Shown piece after piece: positions 55,010-64,000 of a stretch of DNA of 64,000 nucleotides (its first letter is position 1; the number at the start of each line of letters is the position of its first letter). The notes beneath the pieces were generated by a model. That model was given only the letters and a program-made list of their open reading frames with translations, ran no database searches and had not been told where the DNA came from. The translations under genes were made by a program, and so were the position numbers. The DNA lies in assembly GCA_964573695.1 (NCBI GenBank), contig CAZNKB010000002.1, positions 109,898 to 173,897 on the forward strand, in the 5' to 3' direction. The DNA comes from an uncultured Gammaproteobacteria bacterium. Lineage in GTDB: Bacteria; Patescibacteriota; Microgenomatia; UBA10105; UBA927.

Positions 55010-58000
55010 GGCAATGTAGACGGCTCCTTTTTCACTTCCTTCAGGTTCCCTTGTTCGTCAAACACGAAAATCTTCTGTGTATTGGAATCCGGTGTTACCA
55101 TATTGAGCGGCTCATCGACACTGCTCCACGAATACAGCCTGGCGTCGGGATTGCGGAAAATAAACCATAACGCATCCGACAATCCGACCGGGAATACCCA
55201 CACGTCGCGGTACCGGATCGGCACCGAAACGAAATGGAACTGCATCGGCATTGATGCCCATTCGTCCTGATAATGACTTTCCATGGAAACGAAAAACCTC
55301 TGCACTTTCTCTCCTGCTTCAAACCAGTCGCGGTGCAGCTGCTGAATGCTGGTAATCTGCACCATAAAAAATAGCGATATGAAAAGGGCCACAACCCCCA
55401 GAGCAGCGTCTTTCCCGCTTTGTATGGTCAGGGTGTATATTTTTTCCAGGCCGAATACCAACAGGTATACAAGACCCGCTGAAGCGAGGTACCCGTACCG
55501 GGGAGAAATATTTCCGAGCCCCAAAAACGGTAACAGAGCGATCAGGAAAAATCCTGATGAAAACAGCAAGATCGTACGGTCACGCGGGGTCATGAACTGC
55601 CTGATTTTGGGTGCAATCCACACAAAAACTGCAGCAATAACGATACCGATAGCCGCAGTCAGAAGTACGTGCGTACGCATGTTTGCCCGCACGATCTGAT
55701 ACAACGGAGCGCCGAACGAACCGGTTAACCCTAGTAATACGTAGCCGAACGCATTGCCTATGCTGTTTAACGGAAACTTCAGGAAATTGTAACTATAATC
55801 CCCGTTTAACCAATGGCTGCCGGATATAAAACGGAACACCGCATACACAGGTACGGGCAGCGCCAATAGCCAGTGTTCTATACGCATCATGAACGTGCCG
55901 CGCGAAAAACGCGTCCCCGCAATTGTCCACTCATACAAAAGATACAGAAGCGGGGTAACGACACCCAATTCATGAAACGTCATGGCAATCATAGAAGATA
56001 CGGCTGCAAACCAGACAAACCGCACTTTTTTCTTCTCGCTCCAGGTAATATAGAAAAGCAAGCTTGTCAGCATGAATGCGGATGCAAACAAGAATCCGCT
56101 GGCCGACACCCAAAATATCGCCTCCGAAAATCCGGAGAGTCCCGCAAACAGAAATGCGCTTATGGCAGCATGCAGTTTGCGCCGGAATACTTTTATCCCG
56201 ACCAAATACACGAGTACACTGACAATATAATGAAGTGTCAGTGATACGGCGTGATATGCAGCCTGGTTGAGCCATGCAAACTGATACATCACTAAGAAAT
56301 ACAGCTTGGCTCCCGGCCGGTAAAAGAAGCCCTGAGCGTCTGTAAAGTATCCTGCGATCTGCGAAAGAGTCGGCATACAGCGCTCCGAAATGGCCGCAGC
56401 GACATTGCCGCAGTCAGCTGCCCAACGAAACCAGGTGAAGTCGTCTCCGACGAAATAATTGCGTGTCATCTGCGAAAAAAGCAGCACGACGACGACAAGA
56501 AGATATATCGCGACGGCATAGGAAGACATCGCCATCCGTTTCACTTCGGAAAAGAACGTAAGCGGAATCCTAACGTACATCGATACCGTTCCCATAACGA
56601 TGCCGGTTAACAGCCATAAGACAAACGCTACTTTTGACGCTTCGAATACGTCGATAAATACCGCGTTAACGGCAAGCCCTGCTACCCCTGCCGCATACCC
56701 AAGTACGAAACTGCGGACTACGGGAGAATGAATTTTGCCCCATGCGCGCACGATGTACACGCCGACGATCAAAAATATCGCGATAAAGGAAATGAATCCG
56801 AGTGTCCCTACTTCTGCCAGCATCCGAAGATAACTGTTATCGACGGCCAGACTCACGGATCCGTAGCCGCTGCCTAGCAGGACATTTCTTTTAAAAGCCA
56901 AGAGCGCATTCGGCCATTCACCCTGGAACCGCGTAGTGAACGACAGATCGTAGGCAAACGCTTTTTTCATGAGATACTGCCCGTTTATGACATACACATC
57001 GGCAGACGAGGTCGCCTGTTTGAGGGGAGGCTCGTAGTAAAAATTTCCTAACCGCTTCACGACCGGAGAAAGTGTCAGGTTGATATACCCGGTACCGCTG
57101 GGCAAATCCTCACCCGTAGGGGCCGCAGGTTCGGTGAGTAACACCGCAGACGTCGGCAATTGTGCAAACGGCACGACAAACGATGCGGTCGGGCTTGCTT
57201 TGGTCGCGAGATCCCCGATAGTCAGGTAAAACCTTTGCCACACGCGCTTGTCGGCAAAATACGTATTGGGTACTTCTTTGACATGACCGATCGGATACCC
57301 GGTTTTTGCATCGACGATGATATCGATCGGTTTGATCGTACTGCCAAATCTGGCCATAAGCTGAGGCGAAAGAATCAGAAACGCGATACCCCCGACAATC
57401 GAGAGCGGCAGAAGCACCATAACTGTTTTCCTGCTTTGGAAAAACAGCACTGCAGCAAACGACAACAGCAGCGCAAAAAACGAAATTCTCGACACCGTAA
57501 AGAACAACACGACGACACCAAGAAGAACGACTACACCGAGTGCAATCCTGAGAAACCAGTTCCGGTATCCGAATATAAGGCTTGCGATAATCGGCAGGAC
57601 CAACACGTAATAGGCAGCCAGATCATAGTGTCCGGCAAACGTGGAGGATATGCGGGACAGTGCCGAAAGCGTGAGCGGCACGCCTTTGGCAAACTCTTCG
57701 TTCATCGTAAGATACGCCGGCAACCCCAGATATTTCTGACCCAGTCCATAAAGACTGATAAGCAGTGTCGTCCCTACAACCGTTACGATCACCGGGGTCA
57801 CTCCCGTACGCTCTTTCATCGCGGCAAACGCGATGAAAAATACACTCATGTACTCGACTCTGCGCAAAAAACTGAGCAACGCGACGTTTGCAAATACTCC
57901 TGATATCGAAGGGAAAATAAGCAGCATACCGTGGATAGTCGCAACTGCTCCGACAAGCCAAAACAGAAGAAACGGCAGGGTAAGCGGCGTTTTGAACGAT

Positions 58001-58194
58001 ACTTTGTTCCGGATAAAAAGGATAACCCAGGCAAGCAAGACAAACAGCACAAGAAAATCCTCAACCCGGATATATACCCAGGTATTTTTGATATCCAGAA
58101 GAGGGAGCTTGGGGTACAACGGGATAAACGCGAGCAATACAAGCGTCACAAAACGCAACCCGTGATCATTACACCATTTTATAAGCTTCTGCAT
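55006..58194 (-). CDS. Large (1062 aa) polytopic membrane protein: N-terminal O-antigen ligase/polymerase (Wzy_C-like) domain fused to a second roughly 500-aa multi-transmembrane domain
   Basis: N-terminal half has the Wzy_C-like pattern (SRISFFALLLSFAAVLFF and a periplasmic loop). C-terminal half adds 10 or more transmembrane helices of unknown family. Confidence 0.5.
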   Translation of the reverse strand: MQKLIKWCNDHGLRFVTLVLLAFIPLYPKLPLLDIKNTWVYIRVEDFLVLFVLLAWVILFIRNKVSFKTPLTLPFLLFWLVGAVATIHGMLLIFPSISGVFANVALLSFLRRVEYMSVFFIAFAAMKERTGVTPVIVTVVGTTLLISLYGLGQKYLGLPAYLTMNEEFAKGVPLTLSALSRISSTFAGHYDLAAYYVLVLPIIASLIFGYRNWFLRIALGVVVLLGVVVLFFTVSRISFFALLLSFAAVLFFQSRKTVMVLLPLSIVGGIAFLILSPQLMARFGSTIKPIDIIVDAKTGYPIGHVKEVPNTYFADKRVWQRFYLTIGDLATKASPTASFVVPFAQLPTSAVLLTEPAAPTGEDLPSGTGYINLTLSPVVKRLGNFYYEPPLKQATSSADVYVINGQYLMKKAFAYDLSFTTRFQGEWPNALLAFKRNVLLGSGYGSVSLAVDNSYLRMLAEVGTLGFISFIAIFLIVGVYIVRAWGKIHSPVVRSFVLGYAAGVAGLAVNAVFIDVFEASKVAFVLWLLTGIVMGTVSMYVRIPLTFFSEVKRMAMSSYAVAIYLLVVVVLLFSQMTRNYFVGDDFTWFRWAADCGNVAAAISERCMPTLSQIAGYFTDAQGFFYRPGAKLYFLVMYQFAWLNQAAYHAVSLTLHYIVSVLVYLVGIKVFRRKLHAAISAFLFAGLSGFSEAIFWVSASGFLFASAFMLTSLLFYITWSEKKKVRFVWFAAVSSMIAMTFHELGVVTPLLYLLYEWTIAGTRFSRGTFMMRIEHWLLALPVPVYAVFRFISGSHWLNGDYSYNFLKFPLNSIGNAFGYVLLGLTGSFGAPLYQIVRANMRTHVLLTAAIGIVIAAVFVWIAPKIRQFMTPRDRTILLFSSGFFLIALLPFLGLGNISPRYGYLASAGLVYLLVFGLEKIYTLTIQSGKDAALGVVALFISLFFMVQITSIQQLHRDWFEAGEKVQRFFVSMESHYQDEWASMPMQFHFVSVPIRYRDVWVFPVGLSDALWFIFRNPDARLYSWSSVDEPLNMVTPDSNTQKIFVFDEQGNLKEVKKEPSTLP

Positions 58195-59062
58195 ATGTTT
58201 CCTTGAGCGTTTCTTTGCCCAATAGCGCTCCGATCGTCCAGGCTATCACTGCCTTAGTACGAAGCATAAAGCGCACCGTTGCCAGGCTCAACCTCGACCC
58301 GTGCTTCGTGTATAAGTATATAAATCCCCGATAGATATTGAGAACCGGACCCTTGCGCTTGTTTGTTGAACTGGCTGCACCTAAGTGTACGATATGGCTT
58401 CGCGGATAGAAATAGGTGGGATACCCCTTGTTCCTGGCCCGCATCAGGAGATCTATTTCCTCCATATACATGAATATCTTTTCATCAAACAGCAAATCCT
58501 GCAAAAAAAGCTTTTTGGGTGCCAGTATGCACGCGCCCGATACCCAATCGACTTTCCTCGCTTTATTGGGTGACCAGCGGGTAAGACCCAGGACGTCGCC
58601 TTTGAGAAACAGCGCGGCAAATACGACCGGCAGCGAAAAAAACGGCCCGCATGAGCTCTGAGCACTCCGATCTGGATTGAGGAGTTTGGGTCCGATAAAT
58701 GCGTTGGGATGCTGACGGCCGAACGATACGAGCTTGCCGATTGCGTTGTTTAGGGTGACCGTATCGGAATTAAGGAGAAGGATGTATTCACCGCTTGCCG
58801 CTCTGATTCCCTGGTTATTACCTTTGCCAAACCCGACATTTTCGTCATTGAATATGCGTTTCACATCCGGAAACCTTTTTTTGAGCATCTCGCGTGTGCC
58901 GTCGGTCGAGACATTGTCAACCAAGATAATCTCGTAGCTAAGTTTCGACTCTTTGAGACTTCGGCTGGCGGAGGAGATACAGTCTTCGGTGAGCTTCCTG
59001 GTATTGAAACTGACGATAATAATGGACAAATCTATGGCCATATTGGCATTGTGGGGTAGCAA
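58169..59062 (-). CDS. Glycosyltransferase family 2
   Basis: LSIIIVSFNTRKL...VDNVSTDGT...LNSD motifs. Confidence 0.75.
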   Translation of the reverse strand: MLPHNANMAIDLSIIIVSFNTRKLTEDCISSASRSLKESKLSYEIILVDNVSTDGTREMLKKRFPDVKRIFNDENVGFGKGNNQGIRAASGEYILLLNSDTVTLNNAIGKLVSFGRQHPNAFIGPKLLNPDRSAQSSCGPFFSLPVVFAALFLKGDVLGLTRWSPNKARKVDWVSGACILAPKKLFLQDLLFDEKIFMYMEEIDLLMRARNKGYPTYFYPRSHIVHLGAASSTNKRKGPVLNIYRGFIYLYTKHGSRLSLATVRFMLRTKAVIAWTIGALLGKETLKETYAEAYKMV

Positions 59063-59662
59063 TTACTGGAATAGCCGTGCAAATTTAAGGCTGTATTTCA
59101 GATTTTTGCTCCGTTCCCGAATAAATTTGGCAGGTACGCCGCCTACTACCGCGTAGGGGGCTACGTCTCGGGTAACGACGGCCCCCGATGCTATTACGGC
59201 ACCCTTTCCGATCGTCACCCCGGGAAGTATCGTGACCCGCGACCCAATGACCACATAGTCCTCAATCGTGACAGGCGCTCCTATTTCGGCAAATTCAGGA
59301 GAGTCGATATCGTGTTCCATAGTATAAATCCTTGCCTCTCCCGCGATAGATACGTTGTTACCAATCGTAAGCGGCCTTTGCCCTTTACCGGATAACTGCG
59401 TGAGATAGCTATGCAATTTGCCCTCGCCTTTTGGGGTCGCGCGCTTGTATCTGCCGTCCAAAAACGCGTCGTTGCCGATAATCGTGTTGTGACCGATGCG
59501 TACTCCCGAAGGATTATTAAACTGTGCACGCCAGTGAATACTGGAATCTCTTCCTATGCGCACCGCAAATATGTACCGATAGAGAAACAACCGGATAGTA
59601 TGACTCGGAATAAGTCCCGTCATGGTACAAAGATAAACCCAATAATCGATAAAAAATCTCAC
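59063..59662 (-). CDS. Hexapeptide-repeat (LbH) sugar O-acetyltransferase
   Basis: Left-handed beta-helix hexapeptide repeats ([39 protein letters not shown]). Confidence 0.75.
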   Translation of the reverse strand: MRFFIDYWVYLCTMTGLIPSHTIRLFLYRYIFAVRIGRDSSIHWRAQFNNPSGVRIGHNTIIGNDAFLDGRYKRATPKGEGKLHSYLTQLSGKGQRPLTIGNNVSIAGEARIYTMEHDIDSPEFAEIGAPVTIEDYVVIGSRVTILPGVTIGKGAVIASGAVVTRDVAPYAVVGGVPAKFIRERSKNLKYSLKFARLFQ

Positions 59663-60789
59663 GCTGATCCTTTCTTGCCGACCTGGGTCAACACCGCCAT
59701 AACTTTTTCTGCTGCTTTGTCCCAGGTGAACTCCTTCACCCGCGACTTACCCAGTTCCACCCGTGATTGGCGTATCTTGCCGGTTTCTGATAATGCCTCG
59801 GACAGGCCGTTAGTTATACTGGAAACATTCTCAGGGTCCACGTAAATACCCGCGTCCCCTGCTATTTCCGGAAGGCTCGAAGTCGAACTTACCACCACCG
59901 GTACCCCATGACTCATCGCTTCCAAAACCGGAAGCCCGAATCCCTCATAGAGGCTCGGCAACGCAAAACATGCAGCTCCTTTGTATAACCCCGGTAACGT
60001 ATTGTCGGGTACGTAATCGAGAAAATGCACGCGGTCTTTGATGCCGAACGTTTGGGGGGATGCGAGAATATCATCGTAAAGCCATCCTTTTTTGCCGACG
60101 ATAACAAGCGAGATATCTTTATCTTTAAGCCCGCTGACCGCTTCGATGAGCCGGACAAAGTTTTTACGCGGCTGAAGGGTTCCTACGGAGAGGATGTAGC
60201 GTTTTGGCAAGGAAGGCGATGAATCAGTACGCTTTGCGTGCATAGCATCTCGAGAGACGCTATCCGGTAACGCCGGATAGGCAACCACGACGTTCGGTTC
60301 CGGAACATGGTATGCCTCAATTATAGCACGTTTAGAAAACTCGCTTATGGTTATAATTTTCGCGGCCCGACGCACCGAATACGCAGTCCAATGAACTAAT
60401 TTATACAGATCCTGAGGCCGAAATAGCTCGGGATATTTTAGGTAGGAGACGTCCATAATTGCCATAACCTTGGGAATTCGAGTAAATCGGGGGACATAAT
60501 GCGTCGGCGAAAATACGACGTCGGCCGCGGGTCTGTCCCGGGTAAGCGCGAGGGGAAAACCTGCAAATGTCCAAAGCTGCCGGGGGCGCACGGCGCGATA
60601 CCGAAACGATGCCGACTCACTCGGCATATGTACCGCGACATGGCCCGGCACATATACCCGCACTTCATCAAACATTGCTCGTTGCGTTGCCTGAAGTTTA
60701 GCTATACGGTCAATAAGCTCAAAGGCATACCGCCCGATTCCGACCCGAACTACTGTATTTGCTTCATACCCGTCGATTGCCAGTATCAT
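59659..60789 (-). CDS. Glycosyltransferase family 4
   Basis: Complete GT-B (N and C domains). C-terminal [25 protein letters not shown]. Confidence 0.75.
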   Translation of the reverse strand: MILAIDGYEANTVVRVGIGRYAFELIDRIAKLQATQRAMFDEVRVYVPGHVAVHMPSESASFRYRAVRPRQLWTFAGFPLALTRDRPAADVVFSPTHYVPRFTRIPKVMAIMDVSYLKYPELFRPQDLYKLVHWTAYSVRRAAKIITISEFSKRAIIEAYHVPEPNVVVAYPALPDSVSRDAMHAKRTDSSPSLPKRYILSVGTLQPRKNFVRLIEAVSGLKDKDISLVIVGKKGWLYDDILASPQTFGIKDRVHFLDYVPDNTLPGLYKGAACFALPSLYEGFGLPVLEAMSHGVPVVVSSTSSLPEIAGDAGIYVDPENVSSITNGLSEALSETGKIRQSRVELGKSRVKEFTWDKAAEKVMAVLTQVGKKGSA

Positions 60790-61388
60790 GCATCCTCCAA
60801 TCCCGGATACACGACCGTCAGTTTACTTTGTGAAATGCCTAAGAGTTCCTGTGCATCGTGCCTGGTCGCTTCGGAGTCGCAAAAAAACACCGAGCATGCT
60901 TTGGCAGCCCGGGTAAGTCTGCGGGTCTGGGTCGCCACTATATTAGCTGCAACCCTGCCTCGGGCAACGTCCAGCACCGCCTGATTGTGCGATTCCTCGG
61001 GAAACCGTAGCACACTCAGGTCATGTATGGTCGTCACCCCGACCGCAGAAATAAGCGGCGGGTGCGTCCAGTCACTGCTCCAAAAAATATCCAAACTCCC
61101 CGTAAACCACTCCACCGGAACAATATGCATCCGATTCCATAACCAATCCAGTATCGTGGGAGGGATAGCAACCGACACCAGTCGGAGATTTGCCTGTGTA
61201 TCCCGAAACCTATGGAAAAATTCCGAAAAAACGTGGCGCTTACGAAGTGACGCCCCAAACAGCACATACTCATGTTGCGGATACTTTCGGATCAGCGTGG
61301 TAACCAGTTGACGGACATACGTGGCAACTCCTGTCCCCTCATGCGCTATCTGGCTGATATCTATGCCGATTCTCATAATAATTTGCAA
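60786..61388 (-). CDS. GT4 N-terminal (Glyco_trans_4-like) domain only: truncated glycosyltransferase or split gene
   Basis: 200 aa. Matches only the N-domain of GT4 enzymes and ends where the C-domain should begin. ATGA overlap with the downstream full-length GT4. Confidence 0.45.
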   Translation of the reverse strand: MQIIMRIGIDISQIAHEGTGVATYVRQLVTTLIRKYPQHEYVLFGASLRKRHVFSEFFHRFRDTQANLRLVSVAIPPTILDWLWNRMHIVPVEWFTGSLDIFWSSDWTHPPLISAVGVTTIHDLSVLRFPEESHNQAVLDVARGRVAANIVATQTRRLTRAAKACSVFFCDSEATRHDAQELLGISQSKLTVVYPGLEDA

Positions 61389-61406
61389 TCCCGCAAAGCG
61401 GGAGTA

Positions 61407-62417
61407 CTATCCTTTCGACGTGTTTGCGCCTGACAGGTACCCCTCCGGGTGCGTTTTGTGCCAACGCATCGCGGATTCTACGATAGAGCGGATATCCGAG
61501 TGCTTTGGCTTCCAGCCGAATTCTTTGGTAATTTTGGTAGGATCCGATACAAGGATAGCCGCATCCCCTGCCCGGCGGGCCGTTTCCCGAACGGGAAACG
61601 CATTTCCGGCGACAGCTTTGACCACCTCTACTACCTCGCGTACGCTGACCCCTAGGCCGGTACCGACGTTGTATACGTCGGTTTTGTGCCCCGAAAAAAG
61701 CGCTTCGAGCCCAACAACATGCGCCTCGCACAAATCCTCAACATGGATATAATCACGAAGGGCCGACCCGTCGGGGGTCTCGTAATCCGTGCCATACATC
61801 AGAAATTCTTTGCGTTTCCCCAGTGCGGTGGCACATGCAAGCGGGATCAGATGAGATTCCGGCAAGTGCATCTCACCATGCGCACCGTCAAGCGACGCCC
61901 CCGCGGCGTTGAAATACCGAAATGATATGCTCGTAATCCCCGATGAACGATCATACACTCGAAGGAGTTCTTCAAACGCCCACTTAGATAATCCGTACGG
62001 GGAAACGGGGTTTTTGGGATGGTTTTCTGCGATAAGGGGAGTTTCGGGATTGCCGTAGACGGCTGCGGTGGAGGAAAAAATGACATGTTTGACGTGAGCC
62101 TCGCGCATACCCTCAAGAAGTGTAATAGGCGCTATCACGTTGTTATGCATGTACCGGATAGGAAGCCTTACGGACTCCTCAACCTGGATATAGCCTGCGA
62201 AATGAAGTACTCCGTCGATTTTATAGTCGCTCAGTACCTTTTTGACAAGCGCCGCATCACCGACATTTCCCTCAACGACAGGGATTCCCGTGGGGAGTGA
62301 TTCTTTGTGTCCAAATTCGAACGTATCCAGCACTATGGGCTCGTATCCGCGGCTAACGAGCATACGGCTCATGTGGCTGCCGATATACCCGGCGCCCCCG
62401 GTAACCAAAATCTTCAT
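61407..62417 (-). CDS. galE: UDP-glucose 4-epimerase
   Basis: MKILVTGGAGYIGSH, YGLSKW (YxxxK) motifs. 336 aa from the ATG at 62417. Confidence 0.8.
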   Translation of the reverse strand: MKILVTGGAGYIGSHMSRMLVSRGYEPIVLDTFEFGHKESLPTGIPVVEGNVGDAALVKKVLSDYKIDGVLHFAGYIQVEESVRLPIRYMHNNVIAPITLLEGMREAHVKHVIFSSTAAVYGNPETPLIAENHPKNPVSPYGLSKWAFEELLRVYDRSSGITSISFRYFNAAGASLDGAHGEMHLPESHLIPLACATALGKRKEFLMYGTDYETPDGSALRDYIHVEDLCEAHVVGLEALFSGHKTDVYNVGTGLGVSVREVVEVVKAVAGNAFPVRETARRAGDAAILVSDPTKITKEFGWKPKHSDIRSIVESAMRWHKTHPEGYLSGANTSKG

Positions 62418-62422
62418 GACCT

Positions 62423-62644
62423 TTATTGTACCCGATGAGGCCGCAAAGTTGAAATGATGATAAACGTCACAAAAAACGCCGCAGCATACCATGTGAGACG
62501 TTCAGCGGTAAAAAACGTCCAGGTCGCAAACAATGGGATAGCCAGTGCGAGGCACCCCAAACCGGCGACAACCAACAAACGCGGCTTGCGGATAGCCAAC
62601 AGCAGCGTGAAAGTAAGAAAAAATACTATATCCTGAGGCTTCAT
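62423..62644 (-). CDS. Small hypothetical membrane protein (2 transmembrane helices)
   Basis: 73 aa from the ATG at 62644. Hydrophobic. Confidence 0.3.
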   Translation of the reverse strand: MKPQDIVFFLTFTLLLAIRKPRLLVVAGLGCLALAIPLFATWTFFTAERLTWYAAAFFVTFIIISTLRPHRVQ

Positions 62645-62648
62645 TTCA

Positions 62649-63590
62649 TTACAGCGCCTTGTAATAGGCGATCGTTTGTTTGAGTCCCTGATCAACCGTC
62701 ACCCTGGGCTCCCAGCCTAACAACTTTTTGGCTTTGGCAATATCAGGCTTTCTTTGCATAGGATCATCGGGAGGCAAATCCGTGTGCACTATGTCCGAAG
62801 AGGATTTCATCATCGTTTTTACCTTGTTTGCCAAATCGATCATCGTATATTCCTCGGGATTACCGATATTGACGACTTCGCCTTTGGTTGACTCTTTTTC
62901 CATGAGGCGTATGAGTCCTTCGACCATATCACTCACGAAACAAAACGACCGTGTCTGTTTGCCGTCTCCGTACACGGTAATCGGTTTATTCTGAAGCACC
63001 TGATTTACGAAATTGGATATCACCCGTCCGTCGGTCGGTCTCATCCTGGGGCCATATGTATTAAATATCCGGGCAATCCTAGCGTCGACGCCAAAATTTC
63101 TCACGTAGAGCATGGTCATCATCTCACCAAAACGTTTGGATTCATCGTAGCACGCACGTACGCCATTGGGGTTTACATTCCCCCAGTACGTTTCCTTCTG
63201 CGGATGCTCCTTAGGGTCCCCATACACCTCGGAGGTGGAGGTAAAAAGAAACTTAGCATTGTGTGCTTTCGCAACTTTGAGAAGCGCTCTTGTGCCGACA
63301 GTGTTTACGAGCGCCGTTTCTTCCGGGTACTTCTGGTAGTCCGGCACCGACGCTGGCGAGGCAAGGTGATAAATGTAGCTAATGGGCCCCAACACCGGCA
63401 ATTCATTGATGACGTCGTATTTGATAAACGTAAAATCGGGATGCTTGTTGGCCTCGCGGAGATTCGATTCGCTTCCGGTAATCAGATTGTCGAGTGCAAA
63501 TACTTTGTAGCCTTTTTGAAGCAGGGCATCGACGAGATTACTGCCGATAAATCCGGCCCCTCCTGTCACCACAACATTGGCTTTTGTCAT
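62649..63590 (-). CDS. UDP-glucuronate decarboxylase (UDP-xylose synthase)-like NAD-dependent epimerase/dehydratase
   Basis: VVTGGAGFIGSNLVDALL...DNLITGSESNL...YDESKR. Close to the UXS family pattern. Confidence 0.7.
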   Translation of the reverse strand: MTKANVVVTGGAGFIGSNLVDALLQKGYKVFALDNLITGSESNLREANKHPDFTFIKYDVINELPVLGPISYIYHLASPASVPDYQKYPEETALVNTVGTRALLKVAKAHNAKFLFTSTSEVYGDPKEHPQKETYWGNVNPNGVRACYDESKRFGEMMTMLYVRNFGVDARIARIFNTYGPRMRPTDGRVISNFVNQVLQNKPITVYGDGKQTRSFCFVSDMVEGLIRLMEKESTKGEVVNIGNPEEYTMIDLANKVKTMMKSSSDIVHTDLPPDDPMQRKPDIAKAKKLLGWEPRVTVDQGLKQTIAYYKAL

Positions 63591-63615
63591 AACGTAATTG
63601 TATCACAGCCACGGA

Positions 63616-64000
63616 TTACGGTTGAGAAAAACCCAACCCAGTAAGCTGCTTCCACTGACTCTCAGTAAGCGCATCGAACAACTCGGCAGTGATATACAGG
63701 CAACCCGGCTTTCCCATGCTCGTCAGCTGTACGTATTTATGTAAAACCTCCCTGGACAAGCTATTGCCAGACGACTGTAGAGCAGGACAGCTGTAATACA
63801 TATCCGGGGGTGTCTCCCGAAACATTGTGGTTCTCATTGTCTGATATTTCAGGATCGAGCTTTCTGTAGGAATATAGAGACTCAATGGATATGAGGAATC
63901 GCGGCGGGATTCCCAGTAGATAATATCGTCCCACACGTCCAAAAAAAGCGTATGTTTTGGAGTCGAAACGATCTGTATTGCCTGGGAATAGTGGGAATAT
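63616..64000 (-). CDS. Hypothetical protein, partial (N-terminus beyond window end)
   Basis: Frame stays open from 63616 to 64000 (own translation ...HYSQAIQIVSTPKHTFFLDVWDD...). No family recognised. Confidence 0.3.
   Translation of the reverse strand, partial: YSHYSQAIQIVSTPKHTLFLDVWDDIIYWESRRDSSYPLSLYIPTESSILKYQTMRTTMFRETPPDMYYSCPALQSSGNSLSREVLHKYVQLTSMGKPGCLYITAELFDALTESQWKQLTGLGFSQP

Noticed and set aside
60438-61752. Several 80-160-aa ORFs on the plus strand within the GT4/galE region
   Set aside because: They are antisense to glycosyltransferase and epimerase genes with strong motifs, and their composition is biased (Arg/Ser/Pro-rich).
1-64000. CRISPR arrays, rRNA genes, transposases/integrases
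   Set aside because: No regularly spaced direct repeats apart from the coding PT-linker duplication and the MraZ boxes. No rRNA-like conserved stretches. No ORF with a DDE/tyrosine-recombinase signature.

Overview
The window is a compact, mostly minus-strand bacterial chromosomal segment of about 50% GC, read in the standard genetic code, with frequent 4- to 60-nt gene overlaps. Several features suggest a reduced-genome Terrabacteria- or CPR/Saccharibacteria-like organism with a Gram-positive-type envelope: a type-2 IleRS, an alpha2-type GlyRS, T-box leaders and a FemAB protein. That placement is inference only.

In coordinate order the window contains:
- 1-2300: a lower-GC polysaccharide-modification module (partial acyltransferase-3, a GT2, and a zinc-ribbon SAM methyltransferase).
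- 2381-5720: a secreted-hydrolase pair. One is a three-domain lipase with a perfect 42-bp Pro/Thr tandem repeat; the other is a staphylococcal-nuclease homolog with a PT tail.
- 5724-13318: housekeeping genes (tRNA-binding protein, tRNA-Val, lepB, an orphan parB, rpmA, a THUMP methyltransferase, rplU, a SEDS protein, ileS). ileS has what looks like a T-box leader that hides the ribosome-binding site.
- 13878-17485: a PQQ-like beta-propeller protein and an unusual guanylate-kinase plus NUDIX fusion protein.
- 17580-42306: a very complete division/cell-wall (dcw) cluster, mraZ-rsmH-ftsL-ftsI-murE-pgeF-murC-murB-murA ... mraY-ftsW-murG-ftsQ-ftsA-ftsZ. Embedded in it are FemAB, DgkA, an MBL hydrolase, a CvpA-CAP fusion, a DegT aminotransferase and a MurF with a transmembrane extension. 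Upstream of mraZ are four TGGnn direct repeats at 10-bp spacing, which look like MraZ boxes, and a divergent perfect sigma70 consensus promoter.
- 43281-44960: glyQS with an upstream T-box riboswitch and terminator.
- 44964-45533: recO.
- 45540-64000: an 18-kb cell-surface glycan cluster. It has DUF4012, a phosphoglycosyl transferase, ManC, four GT4 and two GT2 glycosyltransferases, a GT-C enzyme, a 1062-aa O-antigen-ligase fusion, an acetyltransferase, GalE and UXS.

No CRISPR array, rRNA gene or obvious mobile element was seen.
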